A stretch of DNA of 64,000 nt from Waterburya sp. Lineage in GTDB: Bacteria > Cyanobacteriota > Cyanobacteriia > Cyanobacteriales > Xenococcaceae. The notes below the pieces were generated by a model. The model was not told where the DNA came from. It did not search any database and saw only the letters and a list, made by a program, of their open reading frames with translations. Numbering within the stretch: the first letter of the stretch is position 1; every line of letters starts with the position of its first letter. Location: positions 736,001 through 800,000 of the forward strand of contig CBDCJV010000002.1 of assembly GCA_965217895.1 (NCBI GenBank), written 5' to 3'. Shown here piece by piece: positions 51,054 to 61,180 of this stretch. The position numbers were made by a program, and so were the translations under genes.

Positions 51054-54000
51054 TTAAAGACTTAATTGCTGTTGGGCTAGCTGGTAGTAGAGTCCTTGTT
51101 GGGAGATTAATTCATTATGAGTTCCTTGTTCAACTATCAAACCTCGATCTAGGACGACAATACAATCAGCATTACGTACCGTGGAAAGACGATGGGCAAT
51201 AATTAAGGTAGTACGCTGGCGAGAAAGACGAGCTAGATTATCTTGAAAACGCCGTTCCGATTCCGTATCGAGGGAACTAGTCGCTTCGTCTAGAATTAAA
51301 ATTGGCGGATCGCCTAAAAATGCCCGCGCGATCGCAATTCTTTGTCGCTGTCCACCAGAAAGACTATCACCCCGTTCTCCAACTTTGGTGTTGTATCCCA
51401 AAGGCATGGACTGAATAAAGCTATGAGCCTCTGCTAGTTTCGCCGTGGCGATCGCCTGTTCTAGGGTAAATTCCGAGCGATAGAGAGTAATATTTTCTAA
51501 GATTGTGCCTGAGAATAAAAAGCAGTCTTGGGGGACAACTCCCATTTGCGATCGCAAAGATTTAAGGCAAACGTGCTTGAGGTTGTGTCCATCGATGGCG
51601 ACTTGACCACTAAGAGGATGATACAAGCCTTGAATAAGCTTAACTAAGGTGCTTTTTCCCGAACCGCTACGACCGACAATAGCTACAGTTTGACCTGCTG
51701 CAACTTCTAGGGAAATATTTTGGAGAATGTTGGCCTCTTCTTCATTCTCGTAGCGAAAGGTGACATTATTCAACTGCAAGCTTCCCTGTAGCTTGGGTAA
51801 CATCAGTTTTGAAGCTCGCCCAGAGTCTTCTGATTTGGTTTCAAAGACATCATTTAATCGTTCTACAGAAATTAACACCTCCTGTAACTCATCCCACACC
51901 CCGACCAAGGCTAATACAGGACTAATGATATAGCCTTTCATCATATTAAAAGCGACATACTGACCAATAGTTAACTGCTCTTGTATGACCAAGGTTGCAC
52001 CGTACCAAAGCAGCACTGTTCCACCAATGGAATTGATCAGTCCACTCAGCAGTCCTAAATTAATTGCTAGCTTTTGACCTTTGAAGCGTAGATTAAGCTC
52101 ACGAGTTAAGAGATCTTCCCAACGCCAGCGTAAATCTTGCTCGGCGGTAACGGCTTTAACGGTAGATATTCCCGTCATCATTTCTACCAAAGAAGAATTT
52201 TCATCCGCAGCCGCGTTAAATCTTAACCGTGAAATTTTCCTTAATAGTGGAGTCGCTGCTAGGGTTAAAAGGACAATTGGCGGAATCAAAAGTAAAATTA
52301 GAGCCGTTAGCTGCCAGTTGTAATAGAGCATCAACCCTAAATAAATAAATCCCGTTAAGAAATCCAACCAAGAGACTAAAAGATTTTGAACTAAAAACTG
52401 TTGAATTTTCTGATTTTCCTGAACCCGAGTGATGATATCCCCCACACGACGAGATTCAAAAAACTTGAGGGGCAGGTTCAAAGCATGGTTCACAAACCCG
52501 CCAATCATGGTTAAATCTAAACGGTTTGCCAAATAGGTGAGTAAATAACTGCGTATTGCTGACAAGCCAATGCCCAACGAGCCAAACAATAAAATTCCTG
52601 TTACCAGAACATTTAAAGTTGACTGGCTTTTATTAGTCACCACCTGATCGAGAATTATCTGGGTGAACAGAGGAGAAATTAGACCCAGAACTTGAATCAG
52701 TATAGATGCAACAATAACTATAATAGCGATCGAGCGATAGGGCAGTAACAGCTTAAAGAATCTGCTCAAAGAGCGTTTTTCTTCAGGGGCTTCGTATAAA
52801 TTTTCAGTAGGCTCTAACAGCAGGGCATATCCTGTCCAGCTAATTTCAAACTCGGAGGTAGATAGCTCAAATTTTCCCCTGCCAGGATCGGCAACCAGAA
52901 TTTTATCGTTTTTGATTCGGTAAACAACCACATAGTGATCGCCTTCCCAGTGGGCAATCCAGGGATTATTTTGCTCGGCGATTCGACTCAGGCTGGCTCT
53001 TACGGGTCGAGCATAATAGCCGATGTCTTCTGCTGCTTTGGCTAAACTTTTGAGAGATGACCCAGAACGTCCAATGCCGATAATCTCGCGCAAATAGTTG
53101 ATGCTCAAACGCTTGCCCCAATATTGGCTAATCATTGCCAGGCAAGCTGCACCACAGTCAGAAGAACTTTGCTGTTCGATAAAAGGATAGGTTTTCCATC
53201 GACCACGACGCTTAATCGGTCTGGGATAATCGACTTCTTGAACTTCATCATCTATGTTTTGAGTCTCAGCCGAACTTGCTTGAAGGGAATTCGCTATGGG
53301 AGTAATACTAAGATTAGGAGTCTTGACGTTAACCAGAGCGCTAACGCTAGGAGCATTTTTAGCTTTGACTAATGGTGTTTGGCTAGATTGAGCCTCAGGA
53401 TTCTTTGACCAAGCCAAAACCAGTTCAGGAAAAAGCTTCGAGAAAGCCTGCCAATTCTTTTGAGGTAAATAATAGATTAATAGGTCAGTCTGAGCTATCC
53501 AATTATGATTGGCGGACTCTGCATCTGCCCAAGAATCTCCTGTTTTGACTTTTTGGTTTTTAATTTGACCATAACGTAACCAGAAACGGGCAGTTTGCTT
53601 TTCTGCTGTTAAGTATTCCCCAGCTTTAAACTTGCCTGCTTCAAGATAGGGCAGTAATTTTTTGAGGCGATGGCTGGACAAGGAGCGTAGCTGCGTCAGC
53701 GTTTTTAAAAAGATTAACTTTTGCTGCTGCTGAGTCATATGTTGCCATTTTTTGTTCAGCTCAGGTATTTTTTGCAGATATGGAGTTAGTTTTGCTAAGG
53801 AGATCCGAGCAATCTGAACTTTACTAGCACCTACTACCTTATAAGGAAGAGCGATAGGACTCCAAAGAGATTCACCGCCGAAGGTTGCCCCTTCTGCCAT
53901 TAAGTTGGTCGAAACTTCTCTGTGTTTATGGACATCAAAGCTTAGTAATCGCGATCGCCCTGCACAGATAAGATAAAAATATTGTGAGTCTAGTTTTTGG

Positions 54001-54197
54001 TTGTTTGATTGAGCCGTGAAACCAGACTGAGCCATTAAAACATCGCCCAATTGAAACTCAAGTATTTCAAATTGCTGGCTCAGAAGTTTGATCGACTCTA
54101 CTTTATCTGAGGTAAATTGACCCTGCTTCAACAACCACGATAAGACCGTAAAGCGATTTTCCGTAGGAAATGTCGATTTTATTTCTGTGCTATCCAT
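51054..54197 (-). CDS. HetC-like peptidase-containing ABC transporter (cNMP-like, C39 peptidase, TM and ATPase domains)
   Basis: QQSSSDCGAACL (catalytic Cys), HYVVV, VADP; GRSGSGKST; LSGGQRQR; LDEATS. Confidence 0.92.
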   Translation of the reverse strand: MDSTEIKSTFPTENRFTVLSWLLKQGQFTSDKVESIKLLSQQFEILEFQLGDVLMAQSGFTAQSNNQKLDSQYFYLICAGRSRLLSFDVHKHREVSTNLMAEGATFGGESLWSPIALPYKVVGASKVQIARISLAKLTPYLQKIPELNKKWQHMTQQQQKLIFLKTLTQLRSLSSHRLKKLLPYLEAGKFKAGEYLTAEKQTARFWLRYGQIKNQKVKTGDSWADAESANHNWIAQTDLLIYYLPQKNWQAFSKLFPELVLAWSKNPEAQSSQTPLVKAKNAPSVSALVNVKTPNLSITPIANSLQASSAETQNIDDEVQEVDYPRPIKRRGRWKTYPFIEQQSSSDCGAACLAMISQYWGKRLSINYLREIIGIGRSGSSLKSLAKAAEDIGYYARPVRASLSRIAEQNNPWIAHWEGDHYVVVYRIKNDKILVADPGRGKFELSTSEFEISWTGYALLLEPTENLYEAPEEKRSLSRFFKLLLPYRSIAIIVIVASILIQVLGLISPLFTQIILDQVVTNKSQSTLNVLVTGILLFGSLGIGLSAIRSYLLTYLANRLDLTMIGGFVNHALNLPLKFFESRRVGDIITRVQENQKIQQFLVQNLLVSWLDFLTGFIYLGLMLYYNWQLTALILLLIPPIVLLTLAATPLLRKISRLRFNAAADENSSLVEMMTGISTVKAVTAEQDLRWRWEDLLTRELNLRFKGQKLAINLGLLSGLINSIGGTVLLWYGATLVIQEQLTIGQYVAFNMMKGYIISPVLALVGVWDELQEVLISVERLNDVFETKSEDSGRASKLMLPKLQGSLQLNNVTFRYENEEEANILQNISLEVAAGQTVAIVGRSGSGKSTLVKLIQGLYHPLSGQVAIDGHNLKHVCLKSLRSQMGVVPQDCFLFSGTILENITLYRSEFTLEQAIATAKLAEAHSFIQSMPLGYNTKVGERGDSLSGGQRQRIAIARAFLGDPPILILDEATSSLDTESERRFQDNLARLSRQRTTLIIAHRLSTVRNADCIVVLDRGLIVEQGTHNELISQQGLYYQLAQQQLSL

Positions 54198-54227
54198 TTT
54201 TGCTTTACTTCGTAAAAAGTCATCAAA

Positions 54228-54635
54228 TTAGCTTTTGCTGAATTTATGCAGGATGAAATTAGACATTTCCTGAAACGAAAATACTTTTCTTCCACCTCTA
54301 ATACTTTCTGACTGGCGGTCAACCTCTTCCAAATAGGTCAAATCGCGGAGCTTGGTCAAAGATTTATGGGTTGATTGGGGCGATCGAGACTGGCTACGAT
54401 GAGCCATGACATTATCTTTGACTAACTGAGGTTTCGGTTCTCGATTAACTTTCATCAATCGGTTATAGGTTCGGTAGGGAATATAGTGCAACGGGTTGTA
54501 GCCTGAAAAGCGTAGAATCAACAGGCACGCCCAAGAATATTTTCCTGAGATAATCGCTTCAACTATTTGGTTGAACTGATCCTCAGTCATCACTTTTTCA
54601 AACTGGGAATTAGCTGAATTAAGATGGTTATACAT
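54228..54635 (-). CDS. HetP-family protein
   Basis: QFNQIVEAIISGKYSWACLLILRFSGYNPLHYIPYRTYNRL; start ATG 54635 or TTG 54650. Confidence 0.88.
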   Translation of the reverse strand: MYNHLNSANSQFEKVMTEDQFNQIVEAIISGKYSWACLLILRFSGYNPLHYIPYRTYNRLMKVNREPKPQLVKDNVMAHRSQSRSPQSTHKSLTKLRDLTYLEEVDRQSESIRGGRKVFSFQEMSNFILHKFSKS

Positions 54636-54779
54636 AAATGTTTCCCTCAAATAAATACTTCTCGGTTTTCTAAATCGCTATTAGCCAAGTATTGAGATAA
54701 TTTTCTCTATGCTCCCGAATAATTCTAATAAATTCTTATGGCTGTTTAATATGTTCTTTGACAAGATTTTATGCACTAC

Positions 54780-56399
54780 CTATAAATCAATGCCGTCCTG
54801 TTCCAGCTTTTTAATTGGATCGAGCAAAACATCAATAATTCGCTCTTGGCGAATCACAATATCAGCCGTAGCTGTTTGACCTGGTTTGAACAAAATTTTC
54901 TTGAGATCGTTAGTGACATAGTTGCGCTCAAGCTCTATTTTCACTTGGTAAACTGCACCTAATTGTTCGTCGCTTTTCGCGTCTGGGGAAACGGAAATTA
55001 CTTTGCCAGGAATTGCACCATAGTCTTGATAGGAATAGGCATCAAACTTGACCTGTGCGGACATTCCTTTTTTGACAAAGCCAGCTTCGCGATCGGGTAA
55101 GGCAGCCGAAAGCACCAACGGAGAGCCTTTTGGCGCGATTTCGGCTACAGTTTCTCCCGACTGAACTACTTTTCCTGTGTTAGTTACGTTAAACGATAAA
55201 ACAGTTCCCGCCACCGGAGATCTTAAAGCTCTTTTTTCCAGTAAGCTTGCTGCACCTGCTAGTTGATTTTTAGTTTCGGCTATTTTAGCTTCAGTTTGAC
55301 TAATTTCTAGCTTAATCTGCTCTGCTTTCTGTTGTGCTTCTAGCTCAATTCTCTGTTTCTCTGCCTTTTTTTGAGCTAATTCTGCTTGAAGTTGCTCAAC
55401 TTGTTTTTGTCCTGAAACTAGATCTCCTTGGCTTTGAGTAATACTTGCCTCCATTTGTCGCAAAGCTTGTTCAGACTGAAATATTTGTTCGCTAATATTA
55501 CTAATTCCTTGGAGCTTGTTGTCAGTCAACTGTTGCTGAGCCTGACGATAAGTCTGTTGAGCCTGAAAATAAACTTCTTGAGAGATTGCCCCTTGTTCTA
55601 CTAAAGGCTTGAGTCTTGCCAGTCGCTGTTGATGATCCTTTAGCTCTTCCTTGATTTGAGCCAGTTTTTCTTGGTCTAGTGCTGATAGATTCTGGACATT
55701 TTTTTGTCTGCTAGACTGAGCTGTCAACTCAGACTGCCTTTGGGCAAGTAAATCTGTCGTCACTTCGGTTTCGGCGATCGCCGAGTCTATGGCTGTTTGT
55801 TGACCCTCAACTTCACTTTGGGCAATTTGTTGCTGAGTTTTACTCTCTAATGCAACTTTTTCTAACAAGTTGCGTTTTTGATTAACCTCCAGTTGATAAG
55901 AGTCAACGAGATTTTTGAGTCGCTCAACTTCCCTAATCTGCTGGTCTGAATCCAATCTGGCGATTAATTGTCCCGCCTTGACCTCTTGTCCTTCTTTGAC
56001 GGCGATATAGCTCACCTTGGCAGATTCAATTGACTCAATTTTATAGGCTTCACCTTTCGGCACTAATTTGCCTTGCGCCTTCCCCACCTTATCAATTTCT
56101 CCAAACCATGCCCAAAGAGCAAAAAATAGGCAAAATACTATTCCTCCAACAGTAAGTCTTAGGGGTAAATTGGATGGAGGCTCATCCAACAACGACTGCA
56201 TGGTCGGCGACCATTTAACCATTGCTCCTTGATTACTGGCTACTACATCATTCTCTCGAGCGAGGTTGGATGTATCAGCCTGAGCAGGTTCAATTTTAGC
56301 TATTTGTCTGATTGATAGCTCTGAATCTGAAGACTCTCTATGGTTGTATTGATGGGAAATGTACCGTTTTAAATTAGCAACCTTGGGCAACATTTTCAT
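54780..56399 (-). CDS. HlyD family type I secretion membrane fusion protein
   Basis: TM, GKLVPKG, VKEGQEVKAGQ, long coiled coil, LRSPVAG, KFDAYSYQDYG. Confidence 0.92.
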   Translation of the reverse strand: MKMLPKVANLKRYISHQYNHRESSDSELSIRQIAKIEPAQADTSNLARENDVVASNQGAMVKWSPTMQSLLDEPPSNLPLRLTVGGIVFCLFFALWAWFGEIDKVGKAQGKLVPKGEAYKIESIESAKVSYIAVKEGQEVKAGQLIARLDSDQQIREVERLKNLVDSYQLEVNQKRNLLEKVALESKTQQQIAQSEVEGQQTAIDSAIAETEVTTDLLAQRQSELTAQSSRQKNVQNLSALDQEKLAQIKEELKDHQQRLARLKPLVEQGAISQEVYFQAQQTYRQAQQQLTDNKLQGISNISEQIFQSEQALRQMEASITQSQGDLVSGQKQVEQLQAELAQKKAEKQRIELEAQQKAEQIKLEISQTEAKIAETKNQLAGAASLLEKRALRSPVAGTVLSFNVTNTGKVVQSGETVAEIAPKGSPLVLSAALPDREAGFVKKGMSAQVKFDAYSYQDYGAIPGKVISVSPDAKSDEQLGAVYQVKIELERNYVTNDLKKILFKPGQTATADIVIRQERIIDVLLDPIKKLEQDGIDL

Positions 56400-57380
56400 G
56401 ATTTTAAAACCGCTTTACTGTATTGCTATATATATATATGTATACCGTGTATATTGATGCTCTTTATTCATAAAAAACCTCATAAAAAACCTCATAAGTA
56501 AATATTTCAAACTTTTTATGTTAATTTTTGCTAAGTTTTGCGCTGAATGCAGGTGTTTAAAGGATTGAGGTAAATAATCTTAAAAGTAAATTTACGGGGG
56601 TGTAAACAACTTTTTAAGTTTACTTTACAAGATATTTTTGACCACAATAATTAAATTTTAGATTGTGTAATATATGTTTATACGTTGTATTTCGTAAATC
56701 AGATTGTAACACGTTTTTTCATGGCTTTTTCCATGATGTAAAATAGAATACTTCTCAAAAACTGTACGTAATGCAGCAAAATACAGCAAAAACAATTGCT
56801 TTTTAGATACTTTCAAAGTATCTCAATTATTTATTAAGTTATTCAATTTCGAGTTTAAAATAAAATCTAATTGTGAAACTAACTATAATTTATCTGTATT
56901 ACCAAAGTTTTTATTATTATCTAAAAACCAATTAAAAAATGATAAAGCGGTACATAAATAAATTGTTCAATAATTGATTTACCCAGCAATCAATATTGTG
57001 CTGTTCTCATAATATTGATTACCTAAACAATGAATTTTTAGTATCAATGACCACTGAAAATATTTTATTTTTTGATAAATTCTGCTATTGCTTTTATCTT
57101 TAGTTAGCTGTAATCAACTACTTGACTATGTATAAAATATGATAAGAATTTGACTGACTAACGTTTGTCGCCATTTGCCTAACGGGGTGACAAAAAGCTT
57201 AAAAGGATAAGAGAATAAGCTTTTTAGCTCTAATACCCTGTTGATAAAAAGATAGTTTATTAGGAAATGGAATTTGGGCTATTACAAAAGATGATTTACT
57301 TCAAATGATTGGCTATAGTGGTCTGCGTTAAGAAATGACTGTAGCAGTGTATTTCAATCTCTCCAGTTACCGCTGATTTT

Positions 57381-58253
57381 CTAATTTGCTCTATAAGTTT
57401 TTGGAGTCATGCCTGTAAACTGCCGAAACTGTTTACTAAGATGGCTATGGCTATTAAATCCACACTCTAAGGCAATATCCATAATTGATCGCTCTTTTTG
57501 CATCAATAACTCTTTTGCTCGTTTTATTCGTTGCTGAAGCAAGTATTGGTAGGGAGATATTCCGAGCGATCGCTTGAATAAATGGCTGAAATGGAACTGA
57601 CTCATGCCTATCAATCGAGCTAGATCTGCCAGCTTAATATCTCGATCTAAATGTTCGTTAATATATTCGATAACTTGCAGCAGTTGACGTTCGCTTAAGC
57701 CACCCTCGTAAATAGCAAGACGAGATTGAGAAGTACAATATTTTCTGAGTAAATGTACCGCTAAAACATTTGCTAGTGACTCAATGTAAAGTCTTCCGCC
57801 TAAATTTTCCTGTTGGAGTTCCGAGAGTAACATCATGGCGATTGACTCAAGTTGAGGATCGCGAGTCCGAAATTCGGGGATTAATTCCAGGCGATCTGGA
57901 TTTAGGTTGAGAGTTTCTTCGGCAACACTTTGCAGAAAATGAGATGAGATCCGAATCTGCACAAAGCGATCGTCACTATCCCAACGAGCAAAAAACGGCA
58001 TTCTGCCAGGGGTGATGGATAAGTCGCCTTTTACATATAATCCCCTGTTAGTTTTATCTCCCTGAGTTTGCAACAAGCGTATTGGACGCGGGGCAAGAGA
58101 CATACAAATCGAGTGTTCGTTATTATAATACGTTCTTCCTTCTCCCGCAGGGTGTTGAAATTGCTCGACCAAAATATTCTCCCAACCCCTATTTTGGCTG
58201 GACAGAATCGGCAAATGGGAACATTCAATTTGATGTCTGGCTGAATTTTTCAT
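57381..58253 (-). CDS. AraC family transcriptional regulator
   Basis: C-terminal double HTH (MSQFHFSHLFK...IALECGFNSHSHL...GMTP). Confidence 0.93.
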   Translation of the reverse strand: MKNSARHQIECSHLPILSSQNRGWENILVEQFQHPAGEGRTYYNNEHSICMSLAPRPIRLLQTQGDKTNRGLYVKGDLSITPGRMPFFARWDSDDRFVQIRISSHFLQSVAEETLNLNPDRLELIPEFRTRDPQLESIAMMLLSELQQENLGGRLYIESLANVLAVHLLRKYCTSQSRLAIYEGGLSERQLLQVIEYINEHLDRDIKLADLARLIGMSQFHFSHLFKRSLGISPYQYLLQQRIKRAKELLMQKERSIMDIALECGFNSHSHLSKQFRQFTGMTPKTYRAN

Positions 58254-58502
58254 AGGGCAAACCCAACTTATCTTTTTTAATTTTATTCATTTTGAAAAAG
58301 TTTATATCTTTGCAAAGTATAAATTTAAAAGTTATTAATTTTAATTTTCATTAAATTTGCGAAATTGCCGTCCCCTCAGTCAAATATAGCAGGCTCAATT
58401 AATCTCAATGTTTACCGCAAGATTTTGATAGTTTCACCAGAATTTGATAGCCCAGCATGAGTAGTTTACTTAAGCTGGAATGGTGATTAATTGAGAGGAA
58501 CT

Positions 58503-59135
58503 ATGACACATTTGTTACACATTGATTCCAGTCCTAGAGGAGAAAGATCGCATTCTCGCAGATTTACTAGAGAATTTGTTGAAGCTTGGAAACAGGTACA
58601 TCCATCTGATACAGTCACTTATCGGGATATCGGTCGCAATCCCGTCCCCCATGTCAATGAATTATGGATTGCAGCAGGTTATACGCCACCAGAGCAACGC
58701 ACACCCGAACTATGGAAGGCAATTGAAAAGAGCGATCGCCTGGTAGACGAATTATTAGCTGCGGATATTTACGTTATAGGTGTTCCTATGTACAATTACA
58801 GCGTTCCTAGTGGCTTTAAAGCTTATATCGATCAAATTGTACGGATTGGACGAACCTTTGAGTTTGTACCTGAGAATCCTATCAACCCCTACAAACCCCT
58901 CGTATTAGGCAAGAAAATGTTTATCATCACCGCACGAGGTTCTTCTGGCTATGGAGTGGGTGAGCAATATGAGCATTTGAATTATCAAGACCCTTATTTA
59001 AAAGCGATTTTTAGCTTGATTGGCATTACTGATATTACCTTTATTCATGTTGAGAATGACGAGTTGGGCGGGACGAGTTTAGCAGAATCGATCGCCTCGG
59101 CTCGTACTCAAATCGCTCAACTGGTTGAGAGTTAA
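58503..59135 (+). CDS. azoR: FMN-dependent NADH-azoreductase
   Basis: IDSSPRGERSHS, PMYNYSVPS..KAYIDQI, TARG. Confidence 0.9.
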   Translation: MTHLLHIDSSPRGERSHSRRFTREFVEAWKQVHPSDTVTYRDIGRNPVPHVNELWIAAGYTPPEQRTPELWKAIEKSDRLVDELLAADIYVIGVPMYNYSVPSGFKAYIDQIVRIGRTFEFVPENPINPYKPLVLGKKMFIITARGSSGYGVGEQYEHLNYQDPYLKAIFSLIGITDITFIHVENDELGGTSLAESIASARTQIAQLVES

Positions 59136-59181
59136 AGCATTATTGCCAGAAGTGTTGGGTAATAAATCCACAGGAGATTTT

Positions 59182-59652
59182 ATGTTTGCATTAAAGCTTG
59201 TCGCCATATTAGGTTGTGGGATTATAGCTGGAGTATTTTTTGCCTTCTCGACTTTTGTAATGCCAGCCCTTGCCAGACTCAAACCGCAAGAAGGAATTAT
59301 TGCTATGCAGTCGATTAATATTACTGTAATTAATCCATTATTTATGACTGCTTTGTTTGGAACGGCGGTGATTTGCTTATTTTTAGCTGTTTTCTCCGTG
59401 TTAAAGTGGCATCAACCCATTGCTGTTTATTTGCTCGTGGGAAGTCTACTTTATTTGCTTGGTACTATAGCAGTAACGATCGCCTTCAATGTACCGTTAA
59501 ACGATGCTTTAGCAAAAGTCGATCCGAGTAGTGTTGAAGGTGCGGGCTTATGGGCTAAGTACCTAACGAATTGGACACTTTGGAATCATGTTCGCACAAT
59601 AGCAGCATTCGGAGCAACAACAGCATTTGCGATCGCTTTCCGTTTAGCTTAA
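59182..59652 (+). CDS. DUF1772 / anthrone oxygenase family membrane protein
   Basis: AGVFFAFSTFVMPAL, MQSIN, NVPLN, WNHVRT; start moved to ATG 59182 after a GGAG RBS. Confidence 0.85.
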   Translation: MFALKLVAILGCGIIAGVFFAFSTFVMPALARLKPQEGIIAMQSINITVINPLFMTALFGTAVICLFLAVFSVLKWHQPIAVYLLVGSLLYLLGTIAVTIAFNVPLNDALAKVDPSSVEGAGLWAKYLTNWTLWNHVRTIAAFGATTAFAIAFRLA

Positions 59653-59671
59653 GTTTTTACTTGAAAATGAT

Positions 59672-60220
59672 ATGGAGATTTTTACCAATAGATTTCTTCT
59701 ACGAGACTTTATCCAAAAAGATGAATCAGCATTTTTTGCCTATCATGGCGATCCCAAATATGCTGAGTTTTGTGCGCCAGAAGAGGTATCACCTAGCCAT
59801 ACAGGAGAATTACTCAATCTTTTTACTCAATGGGCAACTGAAAGTCCCCGTTGCAATTATCAACTTGCTATTATCGATCGCCGAAACTTAAATTTAATCG
59901 GTTGTTGTGGGCTACGTCGCGAGAATTACGATTCGCATAAGGCGGAAATGGGAATTGAATTAGCACCGCAGTTTTGGAGTCGTTACGCTTATGCAATTGA
60001 AGTTGGCAAAGCTTTAATTGAGTTTGGTTTTAACGATCTGGGTTTAAAAGAGATTAGAGGTATTTCTGTCAGTGCAAATTTGCGGGTTGCGCGTTTGGCA
60101 AAGCGATATGGTTTTATTAAAATTGGCACACGCCCTAGTCCAGATTGGATGAGCGATCGCGGCTGGAATCAAATTGAGTGGCAACTTACCAGAGAATCTT
60201 GGAAAAGCTTATTATACTAA
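59672..60220 (+). CDS. RimJ/RimL-type GNAT acetyltransferase
   Basis: TNRFLLRDF, LIGCCGL, AEMG, N......KRYGF. Confidence 0.85.
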   Translation: MEIFTNRFLLRDFIQKDESAFFAYHGDPKYAEFCAPEEVSPSHTGELLNLFTQWATESPRCNYQLAIIDRRNLNLIGCCGLRRENYDSHKAEMGIELAPQFWSRYAYAIEVGKALIEFGFNDLGLKEIRGISVSANLRVARLAKRYGFIKIGTRPSPDWMSDRGWNQIEWQLTRESWKSLLY

Positions 60221-60257
60221 ATTCCATTTATATACACCACTTAAAAATAATGTAGGC

Positions 60258-60290
60258 TCAGAGGTCAGAGGTCAGAGGTCAGAGGTCAGG
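60258..60290. repeat. Heptamer tandem repeat (TCAGAGG)x4
   Basis: Read directly from the sequence. Confidence 0.9.
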
Positions 60291-60447
60291 GGGGAAAAGA
60301 GCCTGTCTGCCAACTCATATTTAAAGTATGTTTTGATAATCGAATTTAGTATTAGACCTCTAAACGATACAAAGAGCGATCGCGCTTGGTTATTAAATAG
60401 TCAAACATCAACATAGGATACACGCGATCGCTCACAGACTTCATACT

Positions 60448-60563
60448 CTACGTTTTCAACCGCGAAATATGCAGGATCTCACCAACTACAGAAAAGCCTG
60501 CACGAGTGTAAATTCGTTTTTCTGCTTCATGTGCAGCCATCAGGAAAGGAATAGTAATACCCT
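60448..60563 (-). pseudogene. C-terminal GNAT-like remnant
   Basis: GITIPFLMAAHEAEKRIYTRAGFSVVGEILHISRLKT* contains the YxRxGF motif but has no N-terminus. Confidence 0.45.
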
Positions 60564-60613
60564 GATGGCTGCCTGCAACACATAAATTATGACTGAATGC
60601 GCGATTCCATAAA

Positions 60614-61180
60614 TCAGAAATATCTTCTTACTCGATTGCAATACTCCAAATATTCCTTGCCATAATGCTCCTGCAAATAGTCTTCCTCACGTAATACTTG
60701 ACGATGAAACAGCCATATAGCTGCACCAATATAAACCAAAAGTATCCAATTTGGGAATACCAGGAATTGACCAAGTAAGATGAACGCAAATGCGACATAA
60801 ATTGGATTTCGGCCAAAAGCGAAAATGCCAGTCGTTATCAGTTTGTCAGGATGGTCTGTATCGATGCCAACACGAAAACTCTGTCCAAAAGAAACAAGAC
60901 TCCACAATAACAGCAATAACCCCGCCAGACAAAAAAACACTCCGACCCAAGAAATTACCTCAGAATCAAAAAATTCTTGTGTGCTTACGGTAGGAAAATT
61001 GAATGCAGCAGCAAACACGAGATAGAAATAGAAAATGGCAAATGGCAAAATCAAGAAATCTGTCCGATCTATTTTGCCAAAATTCATTGCTTTTATCCCT
61101 TTTCTCTTCATCAGTAAGGATCGGCTCAATACCATTCCGAGCATTAGTACAATTGTCAGTACTGAGAAATATTTTGACAT
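60614..61180 (-). CDS. Isoprenylcysteine carboxyl methyltransferase family protein
   Basis: LITTGIFAFGRNPIY, EEDYL..YG..Y..YC..VRR. Confidence 0.85.
   Translation of the reverse strand: MSKYFSVLTIVLMLGMVLSRSLLMKRKGIKAMNFGKIDRTDFLILPFAIFYFYLVFAAAFNFPTVSTQEFFDSEVISWVGVFFCLAGLLLLLWSLVSFGQSFRVGIDTDHPDKLITTGIFAFGRNPIYVAFAFILLGQFLVFPNWILLVYIGAAIWLFHRQVLREEDYLQEHYGKEYLEYCNRVRRYF

Noticed and set aside
51054..54650. Calling these genes hetC and hetP of heterocyst differentiation
   Set aside because: Only family-level similarity is visible, no other het or nif genes are present, and the context points to peptide export, so no gene symbols were given.
14894..60290. CRISPR array
   Set aside because: The repeats are 7-9-nt tandem units or scattered palindromes, with no repeat-spacer pattern and no cas genes.
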